DNA of 64,000 bases from an uncultured Candidatus Saccharibacteria bacterium (GTDB lineage Bacteria; Patescibacteriota; Doudnabacteria; UBA920): assembly GCA_964453265.1 (NCBI GenBank), contig CAYVNU010000001.1, positions 117,331 to 181,330 on the forward strand. Reading direction: 5' to 3'. The notes under the pieces are model-generated. The model searched no databases, was not told the DNA's origin, and saw only the letters and a program-made list of their open reading frames with translations. Below, in pieces: positions 1 to 9,110 of the stretch; within the stretch, counting starts at the first letter, position 1; every line of letters starts with the position of its first letter. A program made the translations under genes and the position numbers.

Positions 1-651
1 AATCCGAAAATTGGCTTGAATTTTGCCTTGGGACTTCGCGCGCTTTTGCGCCAAGATCCTAACGTTATTATGATTGGTGAAATTCGCGATAAGGAAACCG
101 CGGAAGAAGCGGTTCACGCTGCTATGACCGGACATATGGTGTTTAGTACCTTGCATACTAACAGCGCGGCCGGCGCGCTGCCACGCCTTATAGATATTGG
201 CGTGGAAAGTTTTTTAATTGCTTCTACTGTCAACGGAGTTTTAGCCCAGCGCCTTGTTAGAGTTATTTGCAAAGATTGTACAGAACAAATAAAAATTGAC
301 GATGTCTATATTGAAACTTTGTCCAAGCAATTTCATTTGGAAAAATTTTTAAATGTTATAGTTAAAGAAGGGCTCTCGCCTAAAGTTAAAAGTTTGAAAG
401 ATTTGAAATTTTTTAAAGGCAAGGGCTGTGACAAGTGCAATAACACCGGTTATAAAGGCCGCGTGGGCATTCACGAAATTTTAGAAGTCAGTCCGGTGGT
501 GGGCGATATGATAATGCAGCACAAGTCCGCTTCAGAAATTCAAGATCAAGCGGAAAAAGACGGCATGATTTTAATGTGGCAGGACGGATTTATAAAAGCC
601 ATGAAAGGCATAACCACGCTGGAAGAAATTATTAGAGTTAGTAAAGAATAG
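1..651 (+). CDS. pilB: Type IV pilus assembly ATPase PilB/GspE, C-terminal part (gene starts upstream of the window)
   Basis: The frame is open from nt 1. It has the conserved GspE C-terminal motifs ('IMIGEIRD', '[21 protein letters not shown]') and the tetracysteine zinc motif 'CKDC...[24 protein letters not shown]'. Confidence 0.85.
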   Translation, partial: NPKIGLNFALGLRALLRQDPNVIMIGEIRDKETAEEAVHAAMTGHMVFSTLHTNSAAGALPRLIDIGVESFLIASTVNGVLAQRLVRVICKDCTEQIKIDDVYIETLSKQFHLEKFLNVIVKEGLSPKVKSLKDLKFFKGKGCDKCNNTGYKGRVGIHEILEVSPVVGDMIMQHKSASEIQDQAEKDGMILMWQDGFIKAMKGITTLEEIIRVSKE

Positions 652-697
652 GGAAAAATGAAGCATGAATTAGGAAGCATGGATTGCGAATAAAACA

Positions 698-1009
698 ATG
701 AAAATTTTCAGTTTAGAAACAAAAAAATATTTGGTAGGGTGGAGTTTGGGTTTTGGCGTAATACTACTAATTATTTCTTACGGCTGGGGACAGAATGAAT
801 TTTCTTGCGGTTCTTATAGGGCAGGTGTAATGGATGGCTGTATTTCACATTTCAAGTATGGGTGGCCAATTAAATTCTATTTTCCTAGTGACGGGTTTAG
901 CGCTCCAGTTTTTTTATTTAACGCATTTTTTATTAGTTATTTTTTTTGGATTTTAGCCAGTTTGTTTATTTTATCTATCATCCGCAACTTTAAGTACAGA
1001 AAAGTTTGA
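698..1009 (+). CDS. Small hydrophobic membrane protein, hypothetical
   Basis: 103-aa ORF between pilB and pilC with two predicted TM helices and no recognisable motif. Confidence 0.35.
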   Translation: MKIFSLETKKYLVGWSLGFGVILLIISYGWGQNEFSCGSYRAGVMDGCISHFKYGWPIKFYFPSDGFSAPVFLFNAFFISYFFWILASLFILSIIRNFKYRKV

Positions 1010-1061
1010 TTTTTAAATCTTGTCATTCATATCAATCTTGGTCAATCTTTTAAATTAATCT

Positions 1062-2270
1062 ATGGAATTTGCCTACGAAGCATTAACTAAAGACGGCAAG
1101 CACGAGTCTTCTACTATACAGGCGCCAAATGCCACAGCTGCCGGCCACTTGCTAAAAGAGCAGGGTCTTTTACCAACCCAAATTACCGAGAGTCATAAAA
1201 GAAATCTACTTACTATTTTAAGAAGTTACGGCACAGTTTCTTTAGAAGAAAAAATTAATTTTGTAGACAACTTAAGTATAATGCTTAAGGCCGGTATTTC
1301 AGTTAGTCGGGCGCTTCAAATTTTAGTTAAGCAAACTCAAAATGTTAGGTTTAAAAATATTTGCGCGGATATTTATTCGCAGGTTCAGGGCGGAAAAGGG
1401 CTTTCGGAGGCTATGGAAAAGTACCCGGATGTTTTTACAAATATTTTTGTCAGTATGGTTAAGGTGGGGGAAATTTCCGGAAATTTGGACAAGAGCTTGG
1501 AATATTTAAGCATCCAACTGCAGCGTGAATATGAACTAAAAAGCAAAGCTAAAGGTGCTATGATATATCCTTCTGTTATTGTTGGTGCCATGTTAATTAT
1601 TGGAATTTTAATGTCAATTTTTGTTTTGCCGAAATTAACTTCGATTTTTAAGGAATTTAACACTGCTTTACCGCCTACAACTAGAGCTGTTATTGCGATT
1701 GCCGATTTTATGAGTGCTAACGGTTTTTTGGTGATTGTAGGAATAATTGGTTTGGTTATTTCTTTAATTGCTATACATAGGACTTACGGCGGAAAGAAAG
1801 CTTTTGATATTTTTTTCTTGCATTTTTATATTATTAATAAAATAATAAAAAAAATAAATTTAGCTCGTTTTGCTCGTATATTAAGTTCGCTTTTAAAGAG
1901 CGGGATTCCCATAGTTCAGGGGCTTGAAGTTGCTAGTAGCTCGATGGGCAATATTCCGTATAAAGAATTAATAGCTCAATCTTCGTTAGATGTAAAATTA
2001 GGCAAGCCGTTAACAGAAAGTTTAAATAAAGACAATTCGCTTTTCCCGATTTTAGTCGTACAAATGTTGCAAGTGGGGGAAGAGAGCGGAACTGTAGAAA
2101 ATATTTTAGAGCAGCTGGCCGTACACTATGAAGAAGAAGTTGATACGACTTTAAGAAACCTTTCTTCTATTATTGAACCTCTTTTGCTTTTAACTATTGG
2201 TGGAGTGGTAGGGATTTTGGCCATGGCTTTAATTTCTCCTATTTATAGCATAAGCCAGAATATACAATAA
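1062..2270 (+). CDS. pilC: Type IV pilus assembly platform protein PilC (GspF family)
   Basis: About 400 aa with two GspF repeats and three TM segments, e.g. 'KAGISVSRALQIL' and 'LKSGIPIVQGLEVA'. It lies in the pilus operon context. Confidence 0.85.
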   Translation: MEFAYEALTKDGKHESSTIQAPNATAAGHLLKEQGLLPTQITESHKRNLLTILRSYGTVSLEEKINFVDNLSIMLKAGISVSRALQILVKQTQNVRFKNICADIYSQVQGGKGLSEAMEKYPDVFTNIFVSMVKVGEISGNLDKSLEYLSIQLQREYELKSKAKGAMIYPSVIVGAMLIIGILMSIFVLPKLTSIFKEFNTALPPTTRAVIAIADFMSANGFLVIVGIIGLVISLIAIHRTYGGKKAFDIFFLHFYIINKIIKKINLARFARILSSLLKSGIPIVQGLEVASSSMGNIPYKELIAQSSLDVKLGKPLTESLNKDNSLFPILVVQMLQVGEESGTVENILEQLAVHYEEEVDTTLRNLSSIIEPLLLLTIGGVVGILAMALISPIYSISQNIQ

Positions 2271-2285
2271 ATTAATAAATATTTT

Positions 2286-3344
2286 GTGAAATTATTTTCG
2301 GGAATTAAAACAGCATATGGGTTGGATTTGAGCGGGAATTCGTTCAAGCTTTTGCAACTTGCTTCTGAAAAAAGCGGTTTTAAACTGCAGGCTTTTGGCG
2401 AAGCCGCTGTTCCAAAAGGTTTGCTAGTTAACGATGCAATTACCGATGTAAAGACTTTTGAGTATTTAATTAAGCAAGTTCAGAACAAGCCTCAGTTTGG
2501 ACGATTTAATACAGAGTTTGCGGTTGTTAGTCTGCCTGAATCAAAGTCTTTTGTTAGAGTTATTCAAATCCCAAAAATGTCCGAAGTGGAAAGTCAGTCT
2601 GCGGTGCCTTTTGAGGCGGAGAGTTTTATTCCTTTGCCTCTTGATCAGGTATATATGGACTGGAAAAAAATTGGCGAAACAGAAGACAAAATGAATATTT
2701 TAATTATTGCTTCGCCTAAAGATTTTGTAGATTCTTTTCTTTCAATTTTAGACCAGGTACAAATAAAAGTTATTGCGTTGGAGGTTGAGTCGCAAGCTTG
2801 TTTAAGAGCGCTTATAAAGGCTGGGGAAAGTGCTAGCGCTTTAATTGTAGACATGGAAGCAACGCGTAGCGGGTTAATAATGGTTGAAGACGGTAATTTG
2901 CAGTTTACTTCAACCATTCCCATTGGCGGAAATAATTTTACAGAAGCTATTGCTAAGTCTTTAGGCGTTGCCAGCAGTAAAGCGGAAATAATTAAGCAAA
3001 AAGTCGGTATGGCCAATACCCCCGAGTACCCCAATATAAAAACCGCAGCTTTGCCTATTTTAAATAATTTAAGCGCGGAAATTAAAAATATTTTAAAATT
3101 TCACGATGAGCATTCGCATAGTCAGGTGGCAAAAATTATTTTAACCGGCGGCGCAGCTAAGCTTAAAAATTTATCCGAGTTTTTGGTTGGGGAATTCACT
3201 GAACGACCGGGGCTTGTTGTTGAACTTGGCAACCCCTGGCTGAATATAAATTTTGATAAAAACACCCCGTTAAGCCAACCAGATGCTTTGGGTTTTAGCA
3301 CAGCCGTTGGCTTAGCAATGAGAGGTGTTAAAATTGAACCCTAA
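2286..3344 (+). CDS. pilM: Type IV pilus assembly protein PilM (actin-like ATPase fold)
   Basis: GTG start. The N-terminus 'YGLDLSGNSFKLLQL' is typical of PilM, and the protein has an FtsA/actin-like fold length. It sits directly upstream of a pilN-like gene. Confidence 0.8.
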   Translation: MKLFSGIKTAYGLDLSGNSFKLLQLASEKSGFKLQAFGEAAVPKGLLVNDAITDVKTFEYLIKQVQNKPQFGRFNTEFAVVSLPESKSFVRVIQIPKMSEVESQSAVPFEAESFIPLPLDQVYMDWKKIGETEDKMNILIIASPKDFVDSFLSILDQVQIKVIALEVESQACLRALIKAGESASALIVDMEATRSGLIMVEDGNLQFTSTIPIGGNNFTEAIAKSLGVASSKAEIIKQKVGMANTPEYPNIKTAALPILNNLSAEIKNILKFHDEHSHSQVAKIILTGGAAKLKNLSEFLVGEFTERPGLVVELGNPWLNINFDKNTPLSQPDALGFSTAVGLAMRGVKIEP

Positions 3345-3347
3345 TTT

Positions 3348-3902
3348 ATGAAAGAAATTAATTTATTACCTAAAGACAGACAGCAGCAGCTCCATGCCGA
3401 AATTTTGTATCGGCACTGGCTAAGTTTAATTTGGGTTTCGGTTTTTAGCTTTGTCTTGGTGTTGCTTGCTCAATTCGGCTCAAAAATTTATTTACAAAGC
3501 CGGCTTAGTCAAATTAACGAAGAGATTACGGTTATAAAACAGCAGGTGAATAAGAATGATAACGCTGAATTAAAAAAACAAATTAAAGTACTTAATGATT
3601 GGATTACCGATTATAATACATTGGACTCCAATTCGCCTAAGTGGTCAAAACTTCTTAAAACTTTTTCAGTTATTCCGCCCGAGGGCATAAAAATTACCAG
3701 TTTTAGTGTTGATTTGCCAAGTAAAAAAGTTACAATTACCGGTATAAGCCCGACGCGTGAATTGGTTATACAGCTTTACAATAATATTTTGGCTGATAGC
3801 GAGCATTTTTATAATGTTGATTATCCGCTAGAAAATGTGGTGAAAGCCAAGAATGTTTCTTTTCATTATTCTTTTAATTTTAAAGATCAGGTTATACATT
3901 AG
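3348..3902 (+). CDS. pilN: PilN-like fimbrial assembly protein (single N-terminal TM, coiled coil)
   Basis: 'MKEINLLPKDRQQQ' followed by a TM helix is typical of the PilN N-terminus. Its operon position follows pilM. Confidence 0.6.
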   Translation: MKEINLLPKDRQQQLHAEILYRHWLSLIWVSVFSFVLVLLAQFGSKIYLQSRLSQINEEITVIKQQVNKNDNAELKKQIKVLNDWITDYNTLDSNSPKWSKLLKTFSVIPPEGIKITSFSVDLPSKKVTITGISPTRELVIQLYNNILADSEHFYNVDYPLENVVKAKNVSFHYSFNFKDQVIH

Positions 3903-3904
3903 GC

Positions 3905-4459
3905 ATGCAAAAATATTCTTTCAATTATAAAATTTATTTAGCCGCTGCGGTTTGGCTGATTTTGTGCGCACTTATGTATTTTTATTTTTTTGGTTTGTTT
4001 GATAAATCAACAAACGCGATTTTAGACAACATATGGAAACAGAGTAAAGAGTTAAAGCTTTTAAAAGCCGAGCAGGATAGTTATAGACTGGCTAAAGAAG
4101 ACTTGGAAAAAATAAATACCAAAAGCTTAAAGCCTGAAGATTTTTTTAGCAAAGATATAACTTTGGTCAAAGAAATAAAAGTTCTAGAAACTTTAGGCGA
4201 CAAGTATGGGGTGGACATGGGTTTTTCGGGAGTCTCAGGTATTGCCAATGCCGCGCCTAAAGCAAAAACAATTAGCGATATTGCCATAGTTCCATATTCC
4301 ATTAGTCTTCAAGGCACTTTTGCCAATGTAGTTAATGCAATTGAAGCGCTGGAGAATTTAGATTTTATTACTAATTTGTCCGCGCTGTCTGCTTCAACCG
4401 GACTGGGTGATAATATTAATGTTTCGTTAAACGCCAGTTTTTATTTAAGGAGAAAATAA
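3905..4459 (+). CDS. PilO-like membrane-anchored pilus assembly protein
   Basis: N-terminal TM helix then a coiled-coil region. Called from position and architecture only. Confidence 0.45.
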   Translation: MQKYSFNYKIYLAAAVWLILCALMYFYFFGLFDKSTNAILDNIWKQSKELKLLKAEQDSYRLAKEDLEKINTKSLKPEDFFSKDITLVKEIKVLETLGDKYGVDMGFSGVSGIANAAPKAKTISDIAIVPYSISLQGTFANVVNAIEALENLDFITNLSALSASTGLGDNINVSLNASFYLRRK

Positions 4460-4462
4460 TTT

Positions 4463-4852
4463 ATGGATTTAAAACATATATCGCTACTGGGGCTGTTTAA
4501 GTCCGAAAAAGTTTCCAAGAAAATTTCTCGCGGAATGTTTTTTGTCTTAATTTTTGGCTTGTTTATTTTAGAGGCATTTGTGGTAAAGGACTCTGTTTTA
4601 AAAGTTTTAAATTGGGAAGAACAAATTCCGGCTGTTAGTCCTGCCAAAGGGGTAAGAATAAATTTTGCAGATTACGACAAAGTAGTAAATCGTATACAAT
4701 CTGCTTCTGAATTTAAGCCCTCGGGCGGTACAGGCAGAAGCCTTTTTAATCCTAAAAGCTCAAATCCCGAGTTAAGTCCCGCTACCACAACGCCGGTTAA
4801 TATAACCACCAGCACTCCTACAAATATTTCTACTTCAACTAAATCAAATTAA
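4463..4852 (+). CDS. Membrane-anchored hypothetical protein with Thr/Ser/Pro-rich C-terminal tail (possible PilP-like accessory)
   Basis: Its start overlaps the stop of the preceding gene. It has a TM helix and a low-complexity tail 'TTTPVNITTSTPTNISTSTKSN'. Confidence 0.4.
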   Translation: MDLKHISLLGLFKSEKVSKKISRGMFFVLIFGLFILEAFVVKDSVLKVLNWEEQIPAVSPAKGVRINFADYDKVVNRIQSASEFKPSGGTGRSLFNPKSSNPELSPATTTPVNITTSTPTNISTSTKSN

Positions 4853-4872
4853 AGATTTTAAATTATATTTAA

Positions 4873-4904
4873 AAACACCCTATAAAATTTATAGGGTGTT
4901 TTTA
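4873..4904 (+). terminator. Rho-independent terminator of the pilus operon
   Basis: Perfect hairpin acaccctata/tatagggtgt followed by a T-run. Confidence 0.7.
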
Positions 4905-4916
4905 TGCCGTTACTTG

Positions 4917-4993
4917 TGGTGCTCTCGGTAGGATTTGAACCTACTGCCTCTTGGTTCGAAGCCAAGCGCTCTATCCAAATGAGCTACGAGAGC
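4917..4993 (-). tRNA. tRNA-Arg (anticodon TCG), CCA encoded
   Basis: The reverse complement folds as a cloverleaf: GCTCTCG acceptor, anticodon stem CTTGG/CCAAG with loop CTTCGAA, T-loop GGTTCAAATCC, ending CACCA. Confidence 0.85.
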
Positions 4994-5060
4994 AAAAGCA
5001 CAAGTAATGGAACAAAATTATAAATATTTAATTGAACAGTAATTTGATTGAATGAAAATT

Positions 5061-5136
5061 TGGTGGGTCGGGTGGGGATCGAACCCACGACAAATAGCTT
5101 AAGAGGCTACTGCTCTACCAACTGAGCTACCGACCC
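5061..5136 (-). tRNA. tRNA-Lys (anticodon CTT), CCA encoded
   Basis: Reverse complement GGGTCGGTAGCTCAGTTGGTAGAGC... with anticodon loop CTCTTAA, T-loop GTTCGATCC, acceptor CCGACCCACCA. Confidence 0.85.
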
Positions 5137-5452
5137 ATAAATTATTAAACAGCTTAATCGAGCACTTCATTTTTTATTAGAATATCTTTTATTTTTTGTC
5201 GAAGCAAGCGCCTACCTTAAGTTGTTTTAAAAAATTTTTCCCGTCTATTAGCATTGCTTTTAAGCAAATATCCTTGGTAGTGAATTAGCTTTAGCGGGCG
5301 GTAATTTTTTGTTGATTCAACATTTACACGATTGTGTTCAGTAATGCGCCGTTTTAAATCATTTGCCGGCCTTTATTTGCTTAATTACTCTACATATTCT
5401 ACAATAAAAGTACTATTTTTTCAAGAGCAAAAGTCTTAATAAAAGCACATCT

Positions 5453-6160
5453 ATGAATAAAAAAATACTGGTTTTTGCAGTTGTTTTGTTAATCGCAGCA
5501 GGTTGTAATAGACAACAGAATACCGACCAAAATGTTCAGTCTATAAAAACGCCAATTCCAACTGAAGTTGTAAACAGTAAAACTTATGAAACTGATTATT
5601 TTAAAGTTGTAGTACCAGAAAGTTGGACAATAAAACAAGCAGTAAAAAAAGTTATTGAAGGTAGTATTGAAAAAACGTTACCAAATCCGGCAGCCGTAAA
5701 TATTACTAAAGGTGACTACATACTTTATATAAATACCCAGGCCAGCCAGGCTAGCGGGGTAGAGGGCGGCAGGTTTGCGGAAATTGCCATGGGTGCCGCA
5801 AGTGCAGATGCGGTAGTTACAACTCAGCCAAGCCCGCCTTGCGGCACATCTCAAACAATTCCGGCAGCCCTAGACCACCCGAGAGTTGACTTGTATGTTT
5901 CCAAAGCAGATATTTTGGGAAAAAATTGGTGTGCTGCCCCAGCAAGTGGAAAAAACGTTTGGTATTTTTCTTATATAACCAACAGCCAAGGTAGTTATTT
6001 TAACTACTACACTCAAGGACAGGGTTTAAGCTATGTTATTACCATGGCTTATAACTCTAAAGATTTAAATAGTTTGCCGGAAAAAAGTAGTTCTGAATTA
6101 AATAAAGCTTTGACTGAAATGACAGACATAGTTAAGAGCTTGGAAATAAAAAAGCACTAG
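5453..6160 (+). CDS. Lipoprotein, hypothetical
   Basis: Signal peptide with lipobox 'LLIAAGC'. No other recognisable domain. Confidence 0.6.
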   Translation: MNKKILVFAVVLLIAAGCNRQQNTDQNVQSIKTPIPTEVVNSKTYETDYFKVVVPESWTIKQAVKKVIEGSIEKTLPNPAAVNITKGDYILYINTQASQASGVEGGRFAEIAMGAASADAVVTTQPSPPCGTSQTIPAALDHPRVDLYVSKADILGKNWCAAPASGKNVWYFSYITNSQGSYFNYYTQGQGLSYVITMAYNSKDLNSLPEKSSSELNKALTEMTDIVKSLEIKKH

Positions 6161-6277
6161 TTTGACTTTTTTTAGGTTTTGTATAGAATATAGTATATGT
6201 TTAGTAAATTTCTTAATTTAACTAAGAAGACCTACTGCTATCTGCAAAAGATACGGCTTTAGGTATTAAAATACTTT

Positions 6278-6310
6278 TAAAACCGCCTCTCTTGCAGAGG
6301 CGGTTTTTTT
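6278..6310 (+). terminator. Rho-independent terminator
   Basis: Hairpin ccgcctctcttgcagaggcgg followed by T7. Confidence 0.7.
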
Positions 6311-6641
6311 GCGATAGACGAATTTTGGTTTTTGCCAATATTCGCCTGTCGCAAAGCGGCGGGGGAAAGAGTTGGTATGTGGTACTTTGTCTGTGAGGCA
6401 GGCGGAAAAAATATGCGCTTAAGTCTAAGAGCAAGCCAGGCGGAGCCGGCAAAGACCGAAGCCGAGAGCTGGCTTCGAAGTACAATCAATCCGAGCCAGC
6501 CCAGGTTGGTTTGGATTGTTATTGAAGGAGGAGAGGAAATAGATGTTGTTTCGTATGACCTCGGGGTCGTCCCGGGCGCTTGACTATACAGTCAGGCCCC
6601 GGGTTTTTGATGTAAAAATGTTTAAATGATAGAATGCTAAT

Positions 6642-7667
6642 ATGCTGTATTTATTTTTAGGTGCCGATGACTTTACAAAAAAACAGGAAATTAACTCTTT
6701 AGTTAAGGAAAAAGGAGCTGATTTGGTAATGTTTGGGTATGATGAGGAAGTACCGACAATAGAAAAATTGCTGGAAGCGGACTTATTTTCCAAACCAAAA
6801 GTTTTTGTTCTTAATCTCCCTCCCATTCTGGGGGAGGGTCGGCCTGCCCGCAGTAGCCTTGGCGAAGGCGGGGGAGAGGGTGTAGGAGTTCTGAATAAAT
6901 TAATATCATCACCAAACCACATAGTTGTATCGGCAATTTCTTTAGACAAGCGAAAAAAAGAAAATAAAGATTTGCTGGCTAACTCTAAAATTATTGTTAA
7001 AGAATTTACTTTGCCTCATGGGAGTGAATTAAACGAGTGGATTTTAAATAAAGTAACATCGCTGGCAGGTAAAATATCACAAGACGCTGTTAACGAACTT
7101 GCAGTGCGCCTTGGGCGTGATGAAGCCAAAGAAACTAAGTTTGGCGGCAAAGTCGTGAGCGTGGAAGAAGTTTATAATTTATGGCAGACAAACAGTGAAA
7201 TTGGCAAATTAATTGCTTTTGCCAAAGGCCGGGAAATTTTAAAAGATGATGTAATAGAGTTAGTTTCGGAAAATGGGGAAGTGGATGCTTTACAAATTAC
7301 CAACGCTATAGCGGAAAAAAATCGTGATGAAAGTTTTGCTCTAATAGGGCAATTTTTAAAACAAGTTTCTTCGTCAGACGAAAAAGCCGGAATTATTCAG
7401 TTAAACGCGCTGTTGTCAGAACAGTTTAGAAATGTGGCTATGGTGCAGGCATTTATGCATGCTAAGGCTACAGAAGCAGAGATTTTAGAGAAAACCCAGT
7501 GGAAAAGTGGTCGGTTATTTATAATGAGAAAAATTGCCGCTCGCTTTAAAATTAAGGAAATTTTAGAACTCCTGGAAAAATTAAATGCCTTAGACACTGA
7601 ACTAAAAAGTAGTCAATTGCCCGGAAAAGTCCTTTTAGACCTAATTTTGAGCCAAATATTAATTTAA
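6642..7667 (+). CDS. holA: DNA polymerase III delta subunit (HolA) carrying an in-frame GC-rich repeat insertion
   Basis: N-terminus 'LYLFLGADDFTKKQEI' and a C-terminal helical domain typical of HolA. Residues 'PPILGEGRPARSSLGEGGGEGVGV' are encoded by a GC-rich repeat at 6815-6895. Confidence 0.7.
   Translation: MLYLFLGADDFTKKQEINSLVKEKGADLVMFGYDEEVPTIEKLLEADLFSKPKVFVLNLPPILGEGRPARSSLGEGGGEGVGVLNKLISSPNHIVVSAISLDKRKKENKDLLANSKIIVKEFTLPHGSELNEWILNKVTSLAGKISQDAVNELAVRLGRDEAKETKFGGKVVSVEEVYNLWQTNSEIGKLIAFAKGREILKDDVIELVSENGEVDALQITNAIAEKNRDESFALIGQFLKQVSSSDEKAGIIQLNALLSEQFRNVAMVQAFMHAKATEAEILEKTQWKSGRLFIMRKIAARFKIKEILELLEKLNALDTELKSSQLPGKVLLDLILSQILI
6815..6895. repeat. In-frame GC-rich composite repeat inside holA (CCCTCC hairpin + family-2 unit)
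   Basis: 'ctccctcccattctgggggaggg' hairpin, then 'cggcctgcccgcagtagccttggcgaaggcggggg', which matches the units at 27138, 34986 and 12611. The 81-nt length preserves the reading frame. Confidence 0.65.
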
Positions 7668-7765
7668 TAACTGAAACAAAAATATATTTTCCGCGTATTA
7701 TAAATGTCTGATATAATTAATAAAAGTAATTTTTCCCGAAATTATGGGAAATAGGAGACAAAAAA

Positions 7766-8485
7766 ATGAACAGTAAGTTTGTAAAATTAGTAACGGTTAC
7801 CGCTTTGGTAGCAACAATGGCGCTTTCCGCCACTTCGGTTTTTGCCGAAAATTCTTCCACAACAACGAAGGATCAAATAAAAGCTAAGCAGGAAGAAATT
7901 AAAACTCAAAGAGAAGCAAATAAACAGAAAATGGAAAATGAGCGCGAGGCTAACAAGCAGGCAATGGAAGCAAAGAGAGAAGAGTTAAAGCAAATGCAGG
8001 AAAAAAATAAGCAGGAAAGGGAAGTTAAGAGTGCTGCTTTAAAACAGTGTTACAAAGATAATCAAACTGTTAGACAAACTTACCGCGATGCAGTTAAAGC
8101 CAATGACAAAGCTTATGCAGACTCCACTAAAACCGCCCGCGAGACAAAAAATACAGCAGTTAAATCCGCACAAGATGCTTTTACCACAGCTTATAAAGCT
8201 GCTGCCGATAAATTTAAAACAGACCGAGCCGCGGCTACTGACGAAGCCGGTAAAACTGCTGCAAGAACTGCTTTTAATACAGCAACTAAAGCTGCGCGCG
8301 AAACCAGGGCTGCTGCTGTAAAAGCCGCGCAAGATGCCTTTAAGACTGCTACTCAAAGCGCAAGCGATGCTCGAAAAACAGCTAACAAAACTGCTTTAGA
8401 CGCTCGCAACGCTGCTTTGAAAACTTGCACTACAGCCACTTCTACAACTACCACCACTACTCCTACTTCTACCACAAATCAATAA
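7766..8485 (+). CDS. Secreted Ala/Lys-rich repetitive coiled-coil protein with Thr-rich C-terminus
   Basis: Signal peptide, repeated 'A(A/T)KxA(R/Q)E(T/A)' units and a tail 'TSTTTTTTPTSTTNQ'. It is followed by hairpin 8500-8530. Confidence 0.5.
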   Translation: MNSKFVKLVTVTALVATMALSATSVFAENSSTTTKDQIKAKQEEIKTQREANKQKMENEREANKQAMEAKREELKQMQEKNKQEREVKSAALKQCYKDNQTVRQTYRDAVKANDKAYADSTKTARETKNTAVKSAQDAFTTAYKAAADKFKTDRAAATDEAGKTAARTAFNTATKAARETRAAAVKAAQDAFKTATQSASDARKTANKTALDARNAALKTCTTATSTTTTTTPTSTTNQ

Positions 8486-8558
8486 GCAATAATTTAAAAA
8501 CTCTCTTGTCTAGAGCAAGGGAGTTTTTATTTTGAGCTTTTTAGTGTAAAATTTAAAT

Positions 8559-8870
8559 ATGAACCCCCTAATTTTACTTTTGGTATTAATTATTATAGTA
8601 GTTTTTATTTTTACAAAATATAGAAAAGTTAATCAAGATGATTTTGAAAACAATCCTTTAAGCTCGGAGGCTATAAAAAAACGAAAGGAATACTTAGATA
8701 GGATTATAATCTTGGCTGCCAGTAATCCGCATTTAACAGACAGTATTGTTGAGCAGCAGTTAAAAGTTTCCAGCAACGCGGCTAATAGGTATTTAGGTTA
8801 CCTGACAGATTTAGACAAATTAATTCGCGTTAATGAGCGGGGTCAAAAAGTTTTTTATAAATTAAAGTAA
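8559..8870 (+). CDS. Small membrane-anchored hypothetical protein
   Basis: N-terminal TM helix then a soluble ~70-aa domain. No motif identified. Confidence 0.4.
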   Translation: MNPLILLLVLIIIVVFIFTKYRKVNQDDFENNPLSSEAIKKRKEYLDRIIILAASNPHLTDSIVEQQLKVSSNAANRYLGYLTDLDKLIRVNERGQKVFYKLK

Positions 8871-8874
8871 TTCT

Positions 8875-9054
8875 ATGTTTCATCTTTTTAAGAAAAATCA
8901 GCCCAAGTCAAAAGCAGCACCTGAAAGTAAAAAAGCAGGCAACGATGCAAACTTGCAAAAAGTACCCAAGCTAAAGAAATTAGCTACGCGGGGTTATAAA
9001 CCCGCCGACAACCGCCAAGTTATCCATAATTTAAGAAGGCGAATGGGCAGGTAA
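8875..9054 (+). CDS. Possible small basic protein (59 aa), unannotated short ORF
   Basis: An ATG..TAA ORF just below the 60-aa cut-off, with a Lys/Arg-rich product 'MFHLFKKNQPKSKAAPESKK...HNLRRRMGR'. There is no clear SD, so it is weakly supported. Confidence 0.2.
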   Translation: MFHLFKKNQPKSKAAPESKKAGNDANLQKVPKLKKLATRGYKPADNRQVIHNLRRRMGR

Positions 9055-9110
9055 AAAGTATTATTAGTATGTCATTTGGTCAGGACTTTGAAAGAGAAGC
9101 AGTATAAGCT

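Noticed and set aside
1385-1663. 92-aa ORF antisense to pilC
   Set aside because: It lies entirely inside the well-supported pilC gene on the opposite strand and has no motif, which is typical of an antisense artefact.
2497-3034. ORFs 2497-2694(+) and 2645-3034(-) inside pilM
   Set aside because: They overlap the conserved pilM reading frame and are low-complexity with no start context.
6222-6949. ORFs 6222-6485(-), 6277-6489(-), 6332-6583(+), 6584-6949(-)
   Set aside because: They sit in the GC-rich island or antisense to holA. Multiple overlapping frames being open is what GC-rich non-coding DNA produces.
8039-8356. ORFs antisense to, or in an alternate frame of, the Ala/Lys-rich repeat protein gene
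   Set aside because: They are a repeat-driven open frame. The sense frame has a signal peptide and a coherent repeat structure.
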